DNA of 63,861 bases, counting the filler, from Chiloscyllium plagiosum (Eukaryota), in the NCBI RefSeq assembly GCF_004010195.1. It is 4 parts of one record of this genome, joined end to end, with 100 filler letters (N's around TTAATTAATTAA, not from the genome) between each part and the next. Parts side by side here need not be neighbours in the genome. Positions count along the whole stretch, not along the records: positions 1 to 31,694 come from NC_057714.1; positions 31,795 to 51,092 come from NC_057714.1; 2 more parts are not named here. One strand, given 5' to 3'. The position numbers and the translations under genes are program-made. Positions 24,870 to 36,734 of this stretch are shown piece after piece. The notes under the pieces are model-generated. The model worked only from the letters and a program-made list of their open reading frames with translations, was not told where the DNA came from and searched no databases. Positions within the stretch are counted from its first letter, which is position 1. Each line of letters begins with the position of its first letter.

Positions 24870-26329
24870 ATGGATGGATAAGTGATTGTTTGTAAGGTTG
24901 CAACGTGATCGCGGGATAAGTTTCTGTCAAATTGTTGGTTTCGTCTCTCGGCACGCCCTTTTCACGAATGGAGAGAGTGTATAGTTTAGTCTTTTTGCTC
25001 CCCTTCCATGATTGCGTTTTAGTAAGAACGTCTTATGTGGTACTAATGGTCCCCGAGAGTAACAATCCCCATATCACAGAAGCCGATATTTGCAGTTGGT
25101 AGATTGTGGGACTGTGGAAAGTCAGAGGAAGTATAGTAACTCAGCAATTCATCTCAAATCCTATGGAGGTTACTCAGTACAAAATGGAAAGAAATTAGAC
25201 CTCAAACCCTCTGACCCCCGGGCCCCCATGGCAGAGATGGCTGATCTTGGTGATAGGAATACATTTTGGAATGCATTTCACGGTAAGGGCAAACCTTAGG
25301 AAAATCCTCTCATCCAAGTACGCCGAAGCCCTGTTCGGCCTCCCCCTCATTGTCCAGACCAAAGGTGCAACCCAGTGTACATTACAGTGAAGAATACCTA
25401 GTGGAAGGAAGGGATATATGACCGGCGGCGTGGGTGGGGTGGTGGGGAGGAGCGTTTACCAGGTCCAGCTCAATGAAACATTTGGCATAGAAATGATAAT
25501 TGGCAGGCAGAATTTGATTTTCTCGTGATGTTGATTTCGCCTACAGGTGAGAACCGGGTCCGTAGTGGAAAGTACGAATGCCAAGGTTAGGGCGGGGTTG
25601 GGAGGGGGACGGTCACAATTGTAGAGATGAAAGACTTGAAACAGTCTATTGAAATAGAAACGGAATACGGGGATACAAATGCCTGGGTTGAATGGGTGAA
25701 GTACACTGTGAAAAGTCTGAATAAAATCATTTGCTATGCATGTGCCTCTGGTAGACTGGTGGCTCGCATGGTTCCCTTTCCGCACGGGTAGATGCGGGAC
25801 AGGTCTGGTATGATATGTATGATAGCCCTGTACCAGGATGAGACAGCGTGGGGGACCCAGGCTGTCGGTCTTTGCTGTTGTTGTTCCCTCCCCTGACGGA
25901 GGATTTAAAAAGTCCCCCTTCATTTTCGGACGTGGTCGGGAATCGTATCTCCTGTGTGTGAAGGCAGGTGTCGGACTGGTCCCGATTTCTTGGAGACGTA
26001 AAGTCCTGCTCGGAAATCGAATTGGTTGCCGAGACAGTGTTGGGAGGAAACTATTCAGCTTTAAAGATACCCCAAGTGGATTTGTGGTGGTACTGTGGCG
26101 GAAAGATTCTAAGACCTACTATGCCCTCTGACTGGCGAGACTCTGGTGCAATTGTGCAATTGGCTATTCTATTCAACCTAGCATTTGAAAAAGGTGAGAT
26201 TCCTGGAATGGGGAAAACGAGGAATGCACGGTCAGTGTTTGCTGCCTCCTTTGGATGATGATATTTATTTGGACGGGATAGGGCTTCCCAGAGGGGTGCC
26301 TGATGAATTTAAGACTCATAACCAGATAG
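24870..26329 (+). pseudogene. env: ERV env SU and start of TM, disrupted
   Basis: CYAC motif, DLWWYCGGKILRPTMP..W, KTRNARS, GVPDEFKTHNQI. Confidence 0.87.
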
Positions 26330-27456
26330 ACAATAGACAATAGACAATAGGTGGAAGAGTAGGCCATTCTGCCCTTCGAGCCTGCATCACCATTCAATAT
26401 GATCATGACTGATCATCCTTAATCAGTATCATGTTTCTGCCTTATCTCCATAACCCTTGATTCCACAATCCTTGAGAGCTCTATCTAACTCTTTCTTAAA
26501 TGAATCCAGAGACTGGGTCTCCACTGCCCTCTGGGCAGAGCATTCTACACAGCCACCACTCTCTGGGTGAAAAAGTTTCTCCTCATCTCTGTCCTAAATG
26601 GTCTACCCCGTATTTTTAAGCTGTGTCCTTTGGTTCGGCAATCACCCATCGGCAGAAGCATGTTTCCTTGCCTCCAGAGTGTCCAATCCTTTAATAATCT
26701 TATATGTCTCAATTATACCCCCTCTCGGTCGTCTAAACTCAAGGGTATACAAGCCCAGCCGCTCCAGTCTTTCAGTGTAAGGTAATCCCGCCATTCCAGA
26801 AATTGACCTCGTGAACCTACGCTGCACTCCCTCAATAGCCAGAATGTCTTTCCTCAAATTTGGAGACCAGAACTGCACACAGAACTCCAGGTGTGGTCTC
26901 ACAAGGGCCCTGTACAGCTGTAGAAGAACATTTTTGCTTCTATACTCAATCCCTCTTGTTATGAAGGCCAGTACGCTATTAGCCTTCTTCTCTACCTGCT
27001 GTACCTGCATGCTTACCTTCATTGCCCGGTGTACAAGAACACCGAGATCTCTTTGTACTGCCCCTTTACCTAAATTGATTCCATTTAGGTAGTAATCTAC
27101 CGTCCTGTTCTTGCCACCATAATGGACACCATACATTTATCCACATTAAACTGCATCTGCCATGCATCTGAGCACTCACCTAACTTGTCCAGGTCACCCT
27201 GTAATCTCCTAACATCCTCATCACATTTCACCCTGCCACCCACTGCCATTCCGAAATGGAGCCGATTATCACTACGCTTTGTTTCCTATCAGCCAACCAA
27301 CATTCAATCCAAGTTAGTACTTTGCCCCTAATGCCATGCGCGCTAATTTTGCTCACTAACCTCCTATGTCGGACTTTATCAAAAGCTTTCTGAAAGTCCA
27401 GTTACACTACATCTACTGGATCTCCCTCGTCCATCTTCACAATTACATCCTCAAAA
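26330..27456 (-). mobile_element. CR1 LINE within env (mirror of 192-1422, ~120 bp internal deletion)
   Basis: ORF 26642..27136 with CR1 C-terminal motifs; (ACAATAG)n at the left end; ATAG at both junctions. Confidence 0.95.
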
Positions 27457-27756
27457 ATAGCAGCTGGATTTGAATCTCTTTTCTGGAGGGTAACAATGAA
27501 TAAAAATGTCGATTGGATTAATTACATTTTTTATAACCAACAAAGATTTACAAATTGCACCGGAAACGCTGTTAAAGTAATAGCTGAACAGTTAGATGCC
27601 ACAAGCAGGATGGCCTGGGAAAATAGGATGGCCTTAGATATGATGTTGGCAGAAAAAGAGGGAGTTTGTGTTATGTTAGGGGGAAGTTGCTGCACCTTTA
27701 TTCCGAATAACACGGCCCCAGATGGCTCGATTCCTCGAGCCTTACAAGGATTGACG
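27457..27756 (+). pseudogene. env: ERV env TM ectodomain
   Basis: Immunosuppressive-domain-like WENRMALDMMLAEKEGVC and CX6CC (CVMLGGSCC). Confidence 0.93.
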
Positions 27757-29340
27757 TGCCTCTCATGTCACCCATCGGCAGATAAAACACGTTATTTGAC
27801 GTCTTCATAATCTCGTGACCCTCTCATCTGACAGCGCAGCGAATACTTCTCGAGCTCTGCCGAACAGCTTAGTCCGAAGTAGCATTACTCAAAAATCCTC
27901 AGACCACTCCATCTGCCGAGCCAATTTTTCAATGAAATAAAGAAGGCCTCAACATCCTTCTCATCAAAGTGTGGCAGAGTTTTGACATAGTTATATATGT
28001 CACTAATGTCCCTTTTAATCTTCATCATGTTAACTTGACTTTGCTAACTAAATCGCAACTTCTCAAGTGCAAATTGGCTCTCTTTTTGCTCAGCTAAGCA
28101 CCTTCTTTCTCTTTCTCTCGCCTTTTCTTCTCTCTCTCTCTTTGCTCAGCTACGAAACTTCTCTCTTTTTTCTTTCTCTTCTCTCTTGCTTTCTCTTTCT
28201 TCTTTCTCTGTCTCTTTCCTTTCGTTTATTTTTAAACTGAATTTTCTTGAATTGTAATTTTTTTTAATTGTAATTGATTCTCTGACATAACTTTGTGTTT
28301 GAGTAATTTCCTGACAATTTCAGCTTTGCTCTTGTTCTTGGTGAAACACAAATCTAAGTTATTTGCTAATTCTAAAAGTTTTGCCTTTATCTTTGCTTCT
28401 AAACGCCCTCGGCCAATGTGAGAATAATCTTCAAGCTCAGAACCTCTTTAACATTTTAAGAGCCATTTCTCTCACCTTTAATTTAACCAACCACAAGTCA
28501 CCGAAATTAAACAAAGTGTCTCACCGACTTTTTGTTTAAAGCTCTCGGACAATAATGTGCAAATGATTAAATCTACTGTGCGTTTTCATACCCCAAACCT
28601 ATTTAAATCTGCCCGAATCCCAGACTGGATCTGTCTAAACCCGTTCAAATCGCATTCAAAGGGCACCAAACGGTAAACCCCTCACCTAAATTAAACCAGC
28701 CACAGAGAAAATGTTCACCTCATGCCAGAATCTGTTAAATTTCGAGAAGCAAAGAACCATTTACATAGGTCACTATTTAAAGTAAAATTTACAATTTTGC
28801 TATTTAACTCCAACAGAGAATATTAAAATGAGTAACTATTTAGAACTCGTTTCGTTAAACCTATCTTTTACCTCCCACTCTACAATACTGGTCCGATAAA
28901 ACAAAACACCACGATTAAGATTTACAAAACAAAATCACGTTTCAAAACCAGTCAGCTTTATCAATTCTCCTTTGTAGATTTTGCACTGTAAATTTTTATC
29001 TCGTGTCAGCTTCGATGTTCTGCTGTGCAAACTTCTTATAGACAGGTACCTTTAGAAAGCTCTTCTGCCAGCAGTCTATCTTTGTGGGTGTCCTTGACAG
29101 TTCTCCCCCTAAATGTTCAAAATGACCAGTTTTACACCTCAAAAAATTGGATTATTTCATTGATCTTGACGTCATCAAACGTATTATATTTCAAACTCGA
29201 TTGGATTTCAGTGTTTGGGGCATAATTTAAACTGAATTTGTTTTTGTTCCGTGGCAACTCAGACTCAAGATTAGCTTCACAGTCAAATGTTACATTTTAA
29301 CTTCTTTCAGAACAATGTACACCTCTATACCTTCATAACA
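27757..29340 (-). mobile_element. Gypsy (Gmr1-like) LTR retrotransposon 5' remnant: LTR ~28670-29340 plus degenerate gag
   Basis: Minus-strand KAKLLELANNLDL, E/K/R-rich coil, LPHFDEKDVEAFF, KLFGRAREVFAALS..DYEDVK; putative LTR start TGTTATGAAG at 29340. Confidence 0.75.
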
Positions 29341-29510
29341 ATATCGTTTGTCAGCCCGACATAGTTTTCCATAAATTCGATCATCTAAGTTGACATAATA
29401 CTTTTTTTCAGTTTCAAAAAAAGATCCGTTTTCTGTGTGTGTGTGTGTGTTGTGAATAATCCTCTGTAATTGAACTGAGACGGAAGAATGAGATGTAATC
29501 ACATTCCCAT

Positions 29511-29518
29511 ATGAAGAA
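29511..29518 (+). CDS. Candidate first coding exon of an unnamed + strand gene (ATG AAG AA|GTAAGT)
   Basis: Consensus GTAAGT donor; phase compatible with 33245. Confidence 0.25.
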
Positions 29519-29849
29519 GTAAGTGTGCAACTTTTTCGAGGTTTCTGATATTTTTTAAAAAATGCAAAATTTCCTTTATTCAGGATTGAGAAAGTGAACA
29601 AATGATGTTCACGGACAGAACAGGAGTAATTTAATAAAACTTAACTGGGATTATTGACTGACCAAATATTTAGTTTTCTCCTGAGAGATTAAATTCAGCT
29701 TTCTTTCAAGTCTGAGTTGCATATGTTATAATCAATATGCAACTATCATCGGTGACAAAACCAGAAATTGCTGGAAATGCTCAGTAGTTCTGGAAGTATC
29801 TGTTGAGAGAAAGCAGATTTAACACAGTGTAACGGAATGGGTCGAGGTT

Positions 29850-30020
29850 GCTGGCTTTTTGCCAAAAGTGTTCAGCAATGTGCCGGTTAGATGCATTAGT
29901 CGGGGTAAATGCAGAGTAATAAAGTAGGGGAATGGGTCAGGGTGCGTTACTCTTCGGAGGGTCAGCGTGGACGTGCTGTGTGAAATGGTCTGTTTCCCCA
30001 CCGCAGCGATTCTATGATTA
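29850..30020 (+). mobile_element. Decayed HE1-type SINE 3' part
   Basis: Similar to the 3' half of 41975-42285. Confidence 0.65.
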
Positions 30021-30049
30021 TATGAATTCTTCATACAAAGGGCGGTTGG

Positions 30050-31590
30050 TGCGAGGATCAGGGATGTCTCCGAGCATGTTCTGGGCAAACTGAAGGGTGA
30101 GGGTGAACAGCCAGCGGTCGTGATACACATTGATACGAATGACATACGTAGGAGGACTGAAAGGTCCTGCAAAGAATTTTAGGTGGCAAAGCCTGAGTTG
30201 AAAAGCAGGATCTCCAGGATTGTAATCTTGGGATTACTCCCCGTGCCACCTAGAATTGAGACAAGGAAGAGGGAGATATCATAGTTGAATACGTGACTAA
30301 AGAGCTGGTCTTGGAGGAGGCTTTCTGATATTTGGATGATTCGGATAGCTTCTGGGACGGGTGAGAGCAGTGCAAAAAGGACAGGGCGCACCTAAACTGG
30401 AATGGCCCAACATCCTGCAAGCGAGGTGTGATAGTGTAACTCGGGTAGGTTTAACCTAATAATACAGGAGGCTGGGAACCAAAGCAGCAAATTAGAAACT
30501 GAGCTGAAAGTGAAGGTTAGTCAACTAAACAGGCAGAGCCAGTACATGATCATGCTGAAGGAAGGAATAGTAACAATTTAAGAAATGAGTAGAAAGTTGG
30601 AATAAATGATAGACTCACTATTATCGGCGATCAATAAATAAGGATGAAGAGCCTGTGCACAAAACTATTAAAAGAGAAAGACAAATCAATAGAACTTACA
30701 TAAAAATACTTTTAACTAAATGTGTGCAGTATTTGAAATAAAATTAATCAGCTGACAGCTCAAACAGAGATAACTAGGTATGGCCTGGTGGGGATAACTG
30801 AAATGTGGTTGCAGGAATGTCAGGACTGGGGTGTTAAATGTACAAGGGTACTCAGAATTCAGACAAGAAGGAATAACAGGTGGAGTGTCTGCATTGGTTA
30901 AGGGTGATGTCAAGGCTGTAATAAGAAATGATATTAGCACATTGGACAAAAATGATGAATCCATCCGGATCGAAATAAATTACATTGAAAGATACCCGTT
31001 GGTAGAAGCATTCCCAGCTCACAAACCCCCACCCCGGCAAACTACTTTCAAAGTAGGGAATAGCATGAACCAGAGAATAACGTTGGTTTGAGGCAAGGAC
31101 ACAAGAGTGATCATGCGTAATTTGAACATGCATATTGACTGGATTGATGAATTTGGCAAGGGGAGCCTCAAAGAACGATTCCTCGAACGTAGGAGGGATG
31201 ATTTCTTCGAGTAACATTTCAAGGAACCAAACAGACAACTGACTTTGTTATAATGTAATGAGGAAGGAGTGACCAATCATACTGTAGTACAAGATCACCT
31301 TAGAAAGAGTGACCACAACATGCTCGAGTTTCACATTCAGACTGAAACAGTGAAGAAAGAGTCACAGATGTGAGGTGTAGTGTTGGACAATGATAAGTTT
31401 ACTGGCCTGAGGAAGGACTTGGCCTGAGTGGACTTGGCAAAAACATTTAAGGGCGGCACAGTTGAAGAACAGTGGCAACTACATCGGGAGATAGTCCAAA
31501 CTTCTTAATTAAAGTGTAATCCTGAGTGGAAGAGGAAATTTAAAAAAGGTGTAAAGTGATCCATGTCTTAACAAGGAATTTAATTATAAC
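30050..31590 (+). mobile_element. Decayed CR1 5' region: ORF1 SGNH esterase and ORF2 APE endonuclease
   Basis: GEGEQPAVVIHIDTND, IVILGLLPVP; GITEMWL, LNVQGY, GGVSALVK, LRKSDHNMLEF. Confidence 0.8.
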
Positions 31591-31793
31591 ATGAAGGCAT
31601 TATCACCGACTGCTGATCCAGATAATGTTCTGGGGACTCGGGTTCAAATGCCGCCATGGCAGATGGTGGAGTTTAAATTCAATATGAACCTGTANNNNNN
31701 NNNNNNNNNNNNNNNNNNNNNNNNNNNNNNNNNNNNNNTTAATTAATTAANNNNNNNNNNNNNNNNNNNNNNNNNNNNNNNNNNNNNNNNNNN

Positions 31794-32135
31794 NTGAAAG
31801 AAGTGAAACTATCACTGTATTCTAACAGATGAAAGGCTTAACAGATAATCAATTTTTCAATGTATAATTTCAGTTACATCACACTGAAGGTCATTCTAAC
31901 AGATGAGAGACTTAAAAAACAATCAAGGTATTTTTCAATGAATAATTTCAGTTACATCACACTGTAAATTTTTGCTATAAATTCTGTGTTACGATTGAGC
32001 CCTCCACTATCACCTGATGAAGGAGCATCACTCCGAAAGCTAGTGTGCTTCCAATTAAACCTGTTGGACTATAACCTGGTGTTGTGTGATTTTTAACTTT
32101 GTACACTCCAGTCCAACACCAGTATCTCCAAATCA
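31794..32135 (+). mobile_element. Penelope-like element 3' pLTR region (family B)
   Basis: Matches the reverse complement of 60270-60540; contains a hammerhead motif. Confidence 0.7.
32011..32045 (+). ncRNA. Minimal type I hammerhead ribozyme motif
   Basis: CAC-CTGATGA-A-GGAG-catca-CTCC-GAAA-GCTA-GTG: stem I CAC/GTG, stem II, palindromic AGCT stem III. Confidence 0.8.
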
Positions 32136-33244
32136 TGACAAAGGGCACGTGAACAGTATTAGTGAGTCTGAAAGGCCATGGCTCCAGGTGAACATAGCAG
32201 TGTAAATGCTAGAATGCAGCACCTTGGAACATCCATTGTTGACAATGCTCTGGTGAAACAGGCATATTTCGGTCAATTGGTGGGCATTCTCAGGAGGTGC
32301 TGAATGTTGGAGGAAGTGTACTAGCATAGGGAAGGTACTTTTGTACCAGACTCCGCAGTCAAAACATCAGCAGAAACTGCATTTCATTGGTGTCTTTGTG
32401 TAGGGGCTCAATTTTAAAAATTATGATCAAAACTTGAGTACTGGGTAATGATCACATGCTGCCCATGGTGGTCTGGTCCTTCTAAGGGGATTGTTGTTTG
32501 TTTGTTGTTGTTTGGAGTCCTCTCCTGTATCACTGACATTATAAATGTGAAGAGCAGATGCTCTTCAGTCATCCAAATGATAAACATTGTTATGGACAAA
32601 GTTCATTTGAGTCAAAATTTGAATCTCTCTGTCAATGTCTTGCTACCCCTCTCTCTCTCTCTCTCTCTCTCAATCTCTCCCTTTCTCTCTCTCCATAAAA
32701 GCTGCCTTATCTGGTGGTTGCTTGTAATACTTTCTGCTTTTGTTTCAGTTTTCCAGAATTTAGAATATTTAGGTTTTAAACAAGGACGTGGTATTTGTGG
32801 AACCCTGGCTGGTTTTTAACACCTTAGACAGATTCCTGGATGGGCTAAGAATTTTTAGCCTCAATTCATTTTCCCCAGATCAGGCTATTCTCAACTGACT
32901 TCTTTGTATTATTTATTTTATGTTGTAAAACATCCAAAGTGAACATTACACCATCAAGCAATCTATTTACAATCTGTAAACATGTAATCACATGTCTTTA
33001 AACACATGAATGGACATTAATTGTAGATCAGGTGATTGGAATTCATATGTAAGATCTGATTATTTTTGGCAATGGCAATATAGCAGAAGTTAAAATGTAT
33101 TTATCTGCTCTTGAACTTTTGGTTTCTTTTCCGTTTTTAAAACAGAGTTCACACAGGAATAATTTAATGTTGCCTGTATATGGTGACCCATTCTGTATGT
33201 TTTTCAAACAAATCAAATTAAAGTAGTTCACAGCTTTTTGATAG

Positions 33245-33392
33245 ACTCCATGTTTCACATTCTGGTAATGAGATGGGATTGCGGAATTCCTTGAATGAAC
33301 AAATTTGGGCTGGAGAAGCTTCCAGCAAACCAGCTGAGGAGTGTGACTGTTGTTCTTGTGAGAGAGAAACTGAAAATCTGGTGTACAGAAAA
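33245..33392 (+). CDS. Candidate internal exon (LHVSHSGNEMGL...CDCCSCERETENLVYRK)
   Basis: TTTTTGATAG acceptor, open frame, phase 2 to 0; donor AAA|GTGGGC is weak. Confidence 0.25.
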
Positions 33393-33519
33393 GTGGGCCT
33401 AATGCAGAAATGATCTTCAAAGATGGCTGCATCAGTAGGTATTATTGGTCAACCAGGAGAGCACAGTTATGACTGAGTGGATTTCGGGGCATATGTGGAA
33501 TGGTTAGATATGCTTTTAA

Positions 33520-34420
33520 GATCATTTGGCCATGAGACGTAAGAGCAGAAGTGGACCATTCAGCCCATTGAGTCTTATATGCCGTTCAATGCAATCATGG
33601 TTGATCTGACATTCCTTAACTCCACTTTCCTGCCTTTTCCCCACAACCCTTGATTTCTTTAGTCATTAAAAATCTGTCCATCCTCAGTCTTGAATGTACT
33701 TAACAGCTGTCTGTGGCAAAGAATTCCACAGATTCACTATTCTGTGAGAGAAGAAATCCCTCCTCATCTCCATGTTAAATGTGCAATCCCTTTTCATGTG
33801 ATTATGACTTCTGGCCTTAGACTCCCCAACAAGTGGAAACAATCTTTCCGCATCTACTCTGTCAAGTCCTCTTAGAATTTTAAATGCTTCAATATGGTGC
33901 ACTTCATTCTTCTAAATTCAAATGAGCACAGGTTCAACCTACTCAACCTCTCCTTAGAAAACATTCCCTCCATACCCAGTGTCAGTCTAATGAGACTTTT
34001 CTGGACTGCCTCCAAAGCCTGTATATATTTCTTTAGATAAGGGAGTAGATAAGACAAACTAATGCTAATATGCAACCTCCAGCGCCATGGGTTCTTATCT
34101 TATTATGTAGGCAAATGTTGGTGCCTTATGAAATGCCTTTGAAATCCAAATATATTATACCCACTGCTTCTCTTTATCTATCTTATCCTACTTGTTACCT
34201 TCTCAAAGAATTTGCGTAAGTTTGTCAGGCATAATTTCCCCTATATGAGTCCATGTTGACTCGGCTTAACTATATTATGTATTTATACATGCTTCGCTAC
34301 TAAATCCTTGATAATATACTGTAACATTTTCCTCATAACTGTCATTAAGCTAGTTGGTCTATAGTTACCTGTTTATATTTTGTCTTCTTTCCTTTTGAAA
34401 TAAAGGAGTTACATTGGTAG
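33520..34420 (-). mobile_element. Old CR1 fragments
   Basis: FKILRGLDRVDAERLFPLVGES...FFSHRIVNLWNSLP; ALEAVQK. Confidence 0.85.
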
Positions 34421-34511
34421 ATATTCAGACTTCTGGAACTTTGCCAGACTCTAAGGATTCCTGGAAGATTACTGCCAATACATCCACTATCTCTTTGGCT
34501 ACTTCCCATAT

Positions 34512-34875
34512 AGGAGACAGTGAGGACTGCAGATGCTGGAGAGTTAGCTTTGATAAAGCATGGCGCTGAAAATAGCACAGCAGCTCAGGCAGCATCTGAG
34601 GAGCAAGAGAGTTGACATTTTACTTATTCAGGACTGGGGAGGGGGCTGAGTGATAAATGGGGGAAGTGGGGCCAGGGGAAATGTAGGTGGGATGGTGATA
34701 GATGGGCAAAGGTAGGAGGTGACGGTAATAGGTCAGTGGGAAGTGAGGAATGGATAGGTGGGAAGAAATATGGTCAGATAGGTCAGGAAAAGAGAGTGGA
34801 TCTGAGTAGGGGGGTTGGATCTGGGATAGGGTGGAGGAAGAGGAGATTTGGAAACTGGTGTATTCAATGTTCATG
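34512..34875 (-). mobile_element. Decayed Penelope-like 3' region (family A)
   Basis: GTGAGGACTGCAGATGCTGGAG terminus followed by a purine-rich tract as in 37325-37670. Confidence 0.7.
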
Positions 34876-35624
34876 CCATTATCCCTTAATAGCCTACGGT
34901 GAATCCCATCAGATCCAGGGACTTATCAGTCTTTAGCTCCATTAATTTTTCACTGCTATCTATGTTCTCAAAGATCATGATAATTGAGATGTCTACCAGA
35001 TGATGGGGAGAAGGAAAAAGGTGAGATTTGATTTCCAGAAACAGCCCAATTCGGATTACTCAAGAAATGGCTCACTCCAACAAACTGCTGCTGTTGGACA
35101 TTTTGATTAAGCCAATTGAGCTGTGCTACAACCTTATGCTATCAGAAAGAAAGCCATTGTTTTAAAACAATAAAGAATCTGAGATAGTTATGTTTTGTCA
35201 AGCAAAGAATTTAAGGGATATTAGCAAAGGGCAAGTGGAGTTAGGTCACAAATCAGGCATGATATTATTAAATTGTGGAACAGGATCAAAGACTGAATGG
35301 CCTCCTCCTGTTCCTCAGTTCCTAGTCAGTTATCAGTGAGGATATTGGCAAGATTATTGTGTCCTTGTAAAAGCTGCCCATTCATTGTAATTTTGGAGAA
35401 TTTCAAAAGAGTGCACTGTTGGACAGATTTGTTTGCAGTTTAAAAAGTGAGTACGTTCTCAGGCTGTGTTTTCCATAATCTAACTACTTGGTGAGTGAAA
35501 AGTTTTTTTTCTCACATAACTTTGCTTCTTTTGCAAATCTACACTTTAAATCTACACTGTCTCATTCTGGCTCGTTTTAAAAGCCAGAAAGGTTTCTCCT
35601 TATCTAATTTATCCAGCCCACTGA

Positions 35625-36425
35625 TAGAGTCATAGAGTCATAGAGCTGGAAACAGACCCTTCGGCCCAACCTGTCCATGCCTACTGGATATCCTAAATTA
35701 ATCTAGTCCCATTTGCCAACATTTGGCCCATATCCCTTTGAACCTTTATGATTTCAATCAGATCTCCTCTCCAACGAGAACAGTTCCAACTTCTTCAATC
35801 TATCCTCAAAACCGATGTATCTCACCCTGGATCCATTCTTGAAAATTACTTCTGTACTCTTCCCAAAGTGTTCACTTCTTTCCGATAATGTAGTGTCCAT
35901 AACTGTGTCCAATTCTCAAGCAAAGGTCCAAAAAATGTCTAATGCAAGTTCAACATCACCTCCTTGCTCTTGTATTGTATGCTTCTATTAATAAAACCAG
36001 GGGTATCGTATGGTTTACTTACTGCTGTCCCCCATCCATCCTGCCACATTCAATGATCTGTGCATACATACACTCAGGGCCCTCTGATCTTGAACTCTCT
36101 GTAGAATTGTACCTCCTATTTTATATTGTTTTTCAATGTTGTTCCTACCAAAATGTATCACCTTACATATCTCTGGAGTGAAACATATCTGCCAACCATT
36201 CGCCCACTCCACCAACATGTCTATGCTGTTTTGGAGATCTTCACCATCATCCTCAGTTTACAATTCTCTCCAAGTTTTGTATCATCTGCAAGCTTTTACA
36301 TTTTCCCCAGCACACCAAGATCTGTATCATTAATGTATGTCAGGAAAAGCAAGGATTCCAATATTGACCCTAGAAACTCCATGATAAACTTTCTTCCAAC
36401 CAGAAAGATATCCGTTGACCATTAT
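35625..36425 (-). mobile_element. CR1 fragments (tail plus old RT C-terminal part)
   Basis: (ATAGAGTC)n tail; LVEWANGWQI.F.PE.CKVIHFG. Confidence 0.8.
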
Positions 36426-36734
36426 TATGCTTCCTATCATTCAGGAAGGTGCAATTTGCACAAACTAACAAATAAACTTGAGCCTCCTGAAATACTGCTG
36501 TTCAGACAAGCCAAAATCCACTTCATCTGAGTCTTGTTATTCTCGACAATGGACCATTCACAGCGCTTATGGAGTTGACAATTCCAAGATTCACAACCTT
36601 CCAGGAGAGGTTTTGTCTTGTCTCAGTCCAAAATGATTAATCTCTTACCTGAGACTGTACCAATGAGTTCTAGCTTCCCCATCCCAGGGAGATACCCATT
36701 ACTTTTCAAGCACCTTTCAGTTCTGAAGAAGTAC

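Larger units (their letters stand above)
14205..27647. repeat. Right arm of large inverted duplication, with an arm-specific ~1.8 kb insertion (15153-16977)
   Basis: Reverse-complement match to 1-11317 with a few percent substitutions (estimated by eye) and several indels. Confidence 0.97.
21208..27756 (+). mobile_element. Defective class I endogenous retrovirus, right copy (no 3' LTR)
   Basis: LTR-PBS-leader-gag-deleted pol-env; env truncated at ~27756. Confidence 0.93.

Noticed and set aside
24870..27756. Domesticated syncytin-like env
   Set aside because: Multiple stops and frameshifts, a LINE insertion and no membrane anchor
28655..28668. TGGTGCCC as the Gypsy primer-binding site
   Set aside because: Position fits, but the LTR end is damaged and the match is too short to assign a tRNA
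31739..31750. TTAATTAATTAA islands between N runs (also 51137-51148 and 61172-61183)
   Set aside because: Identical 12-mer centred in ~100-bp gaps, with stops in all six frames: an artificial scaffolding linker, not biology
33043..33432. 129-aa minus-strand ORF
   Set aside because: No recognisable motif or splice support; AT-rich; the + strand exon reading is at least as plausible
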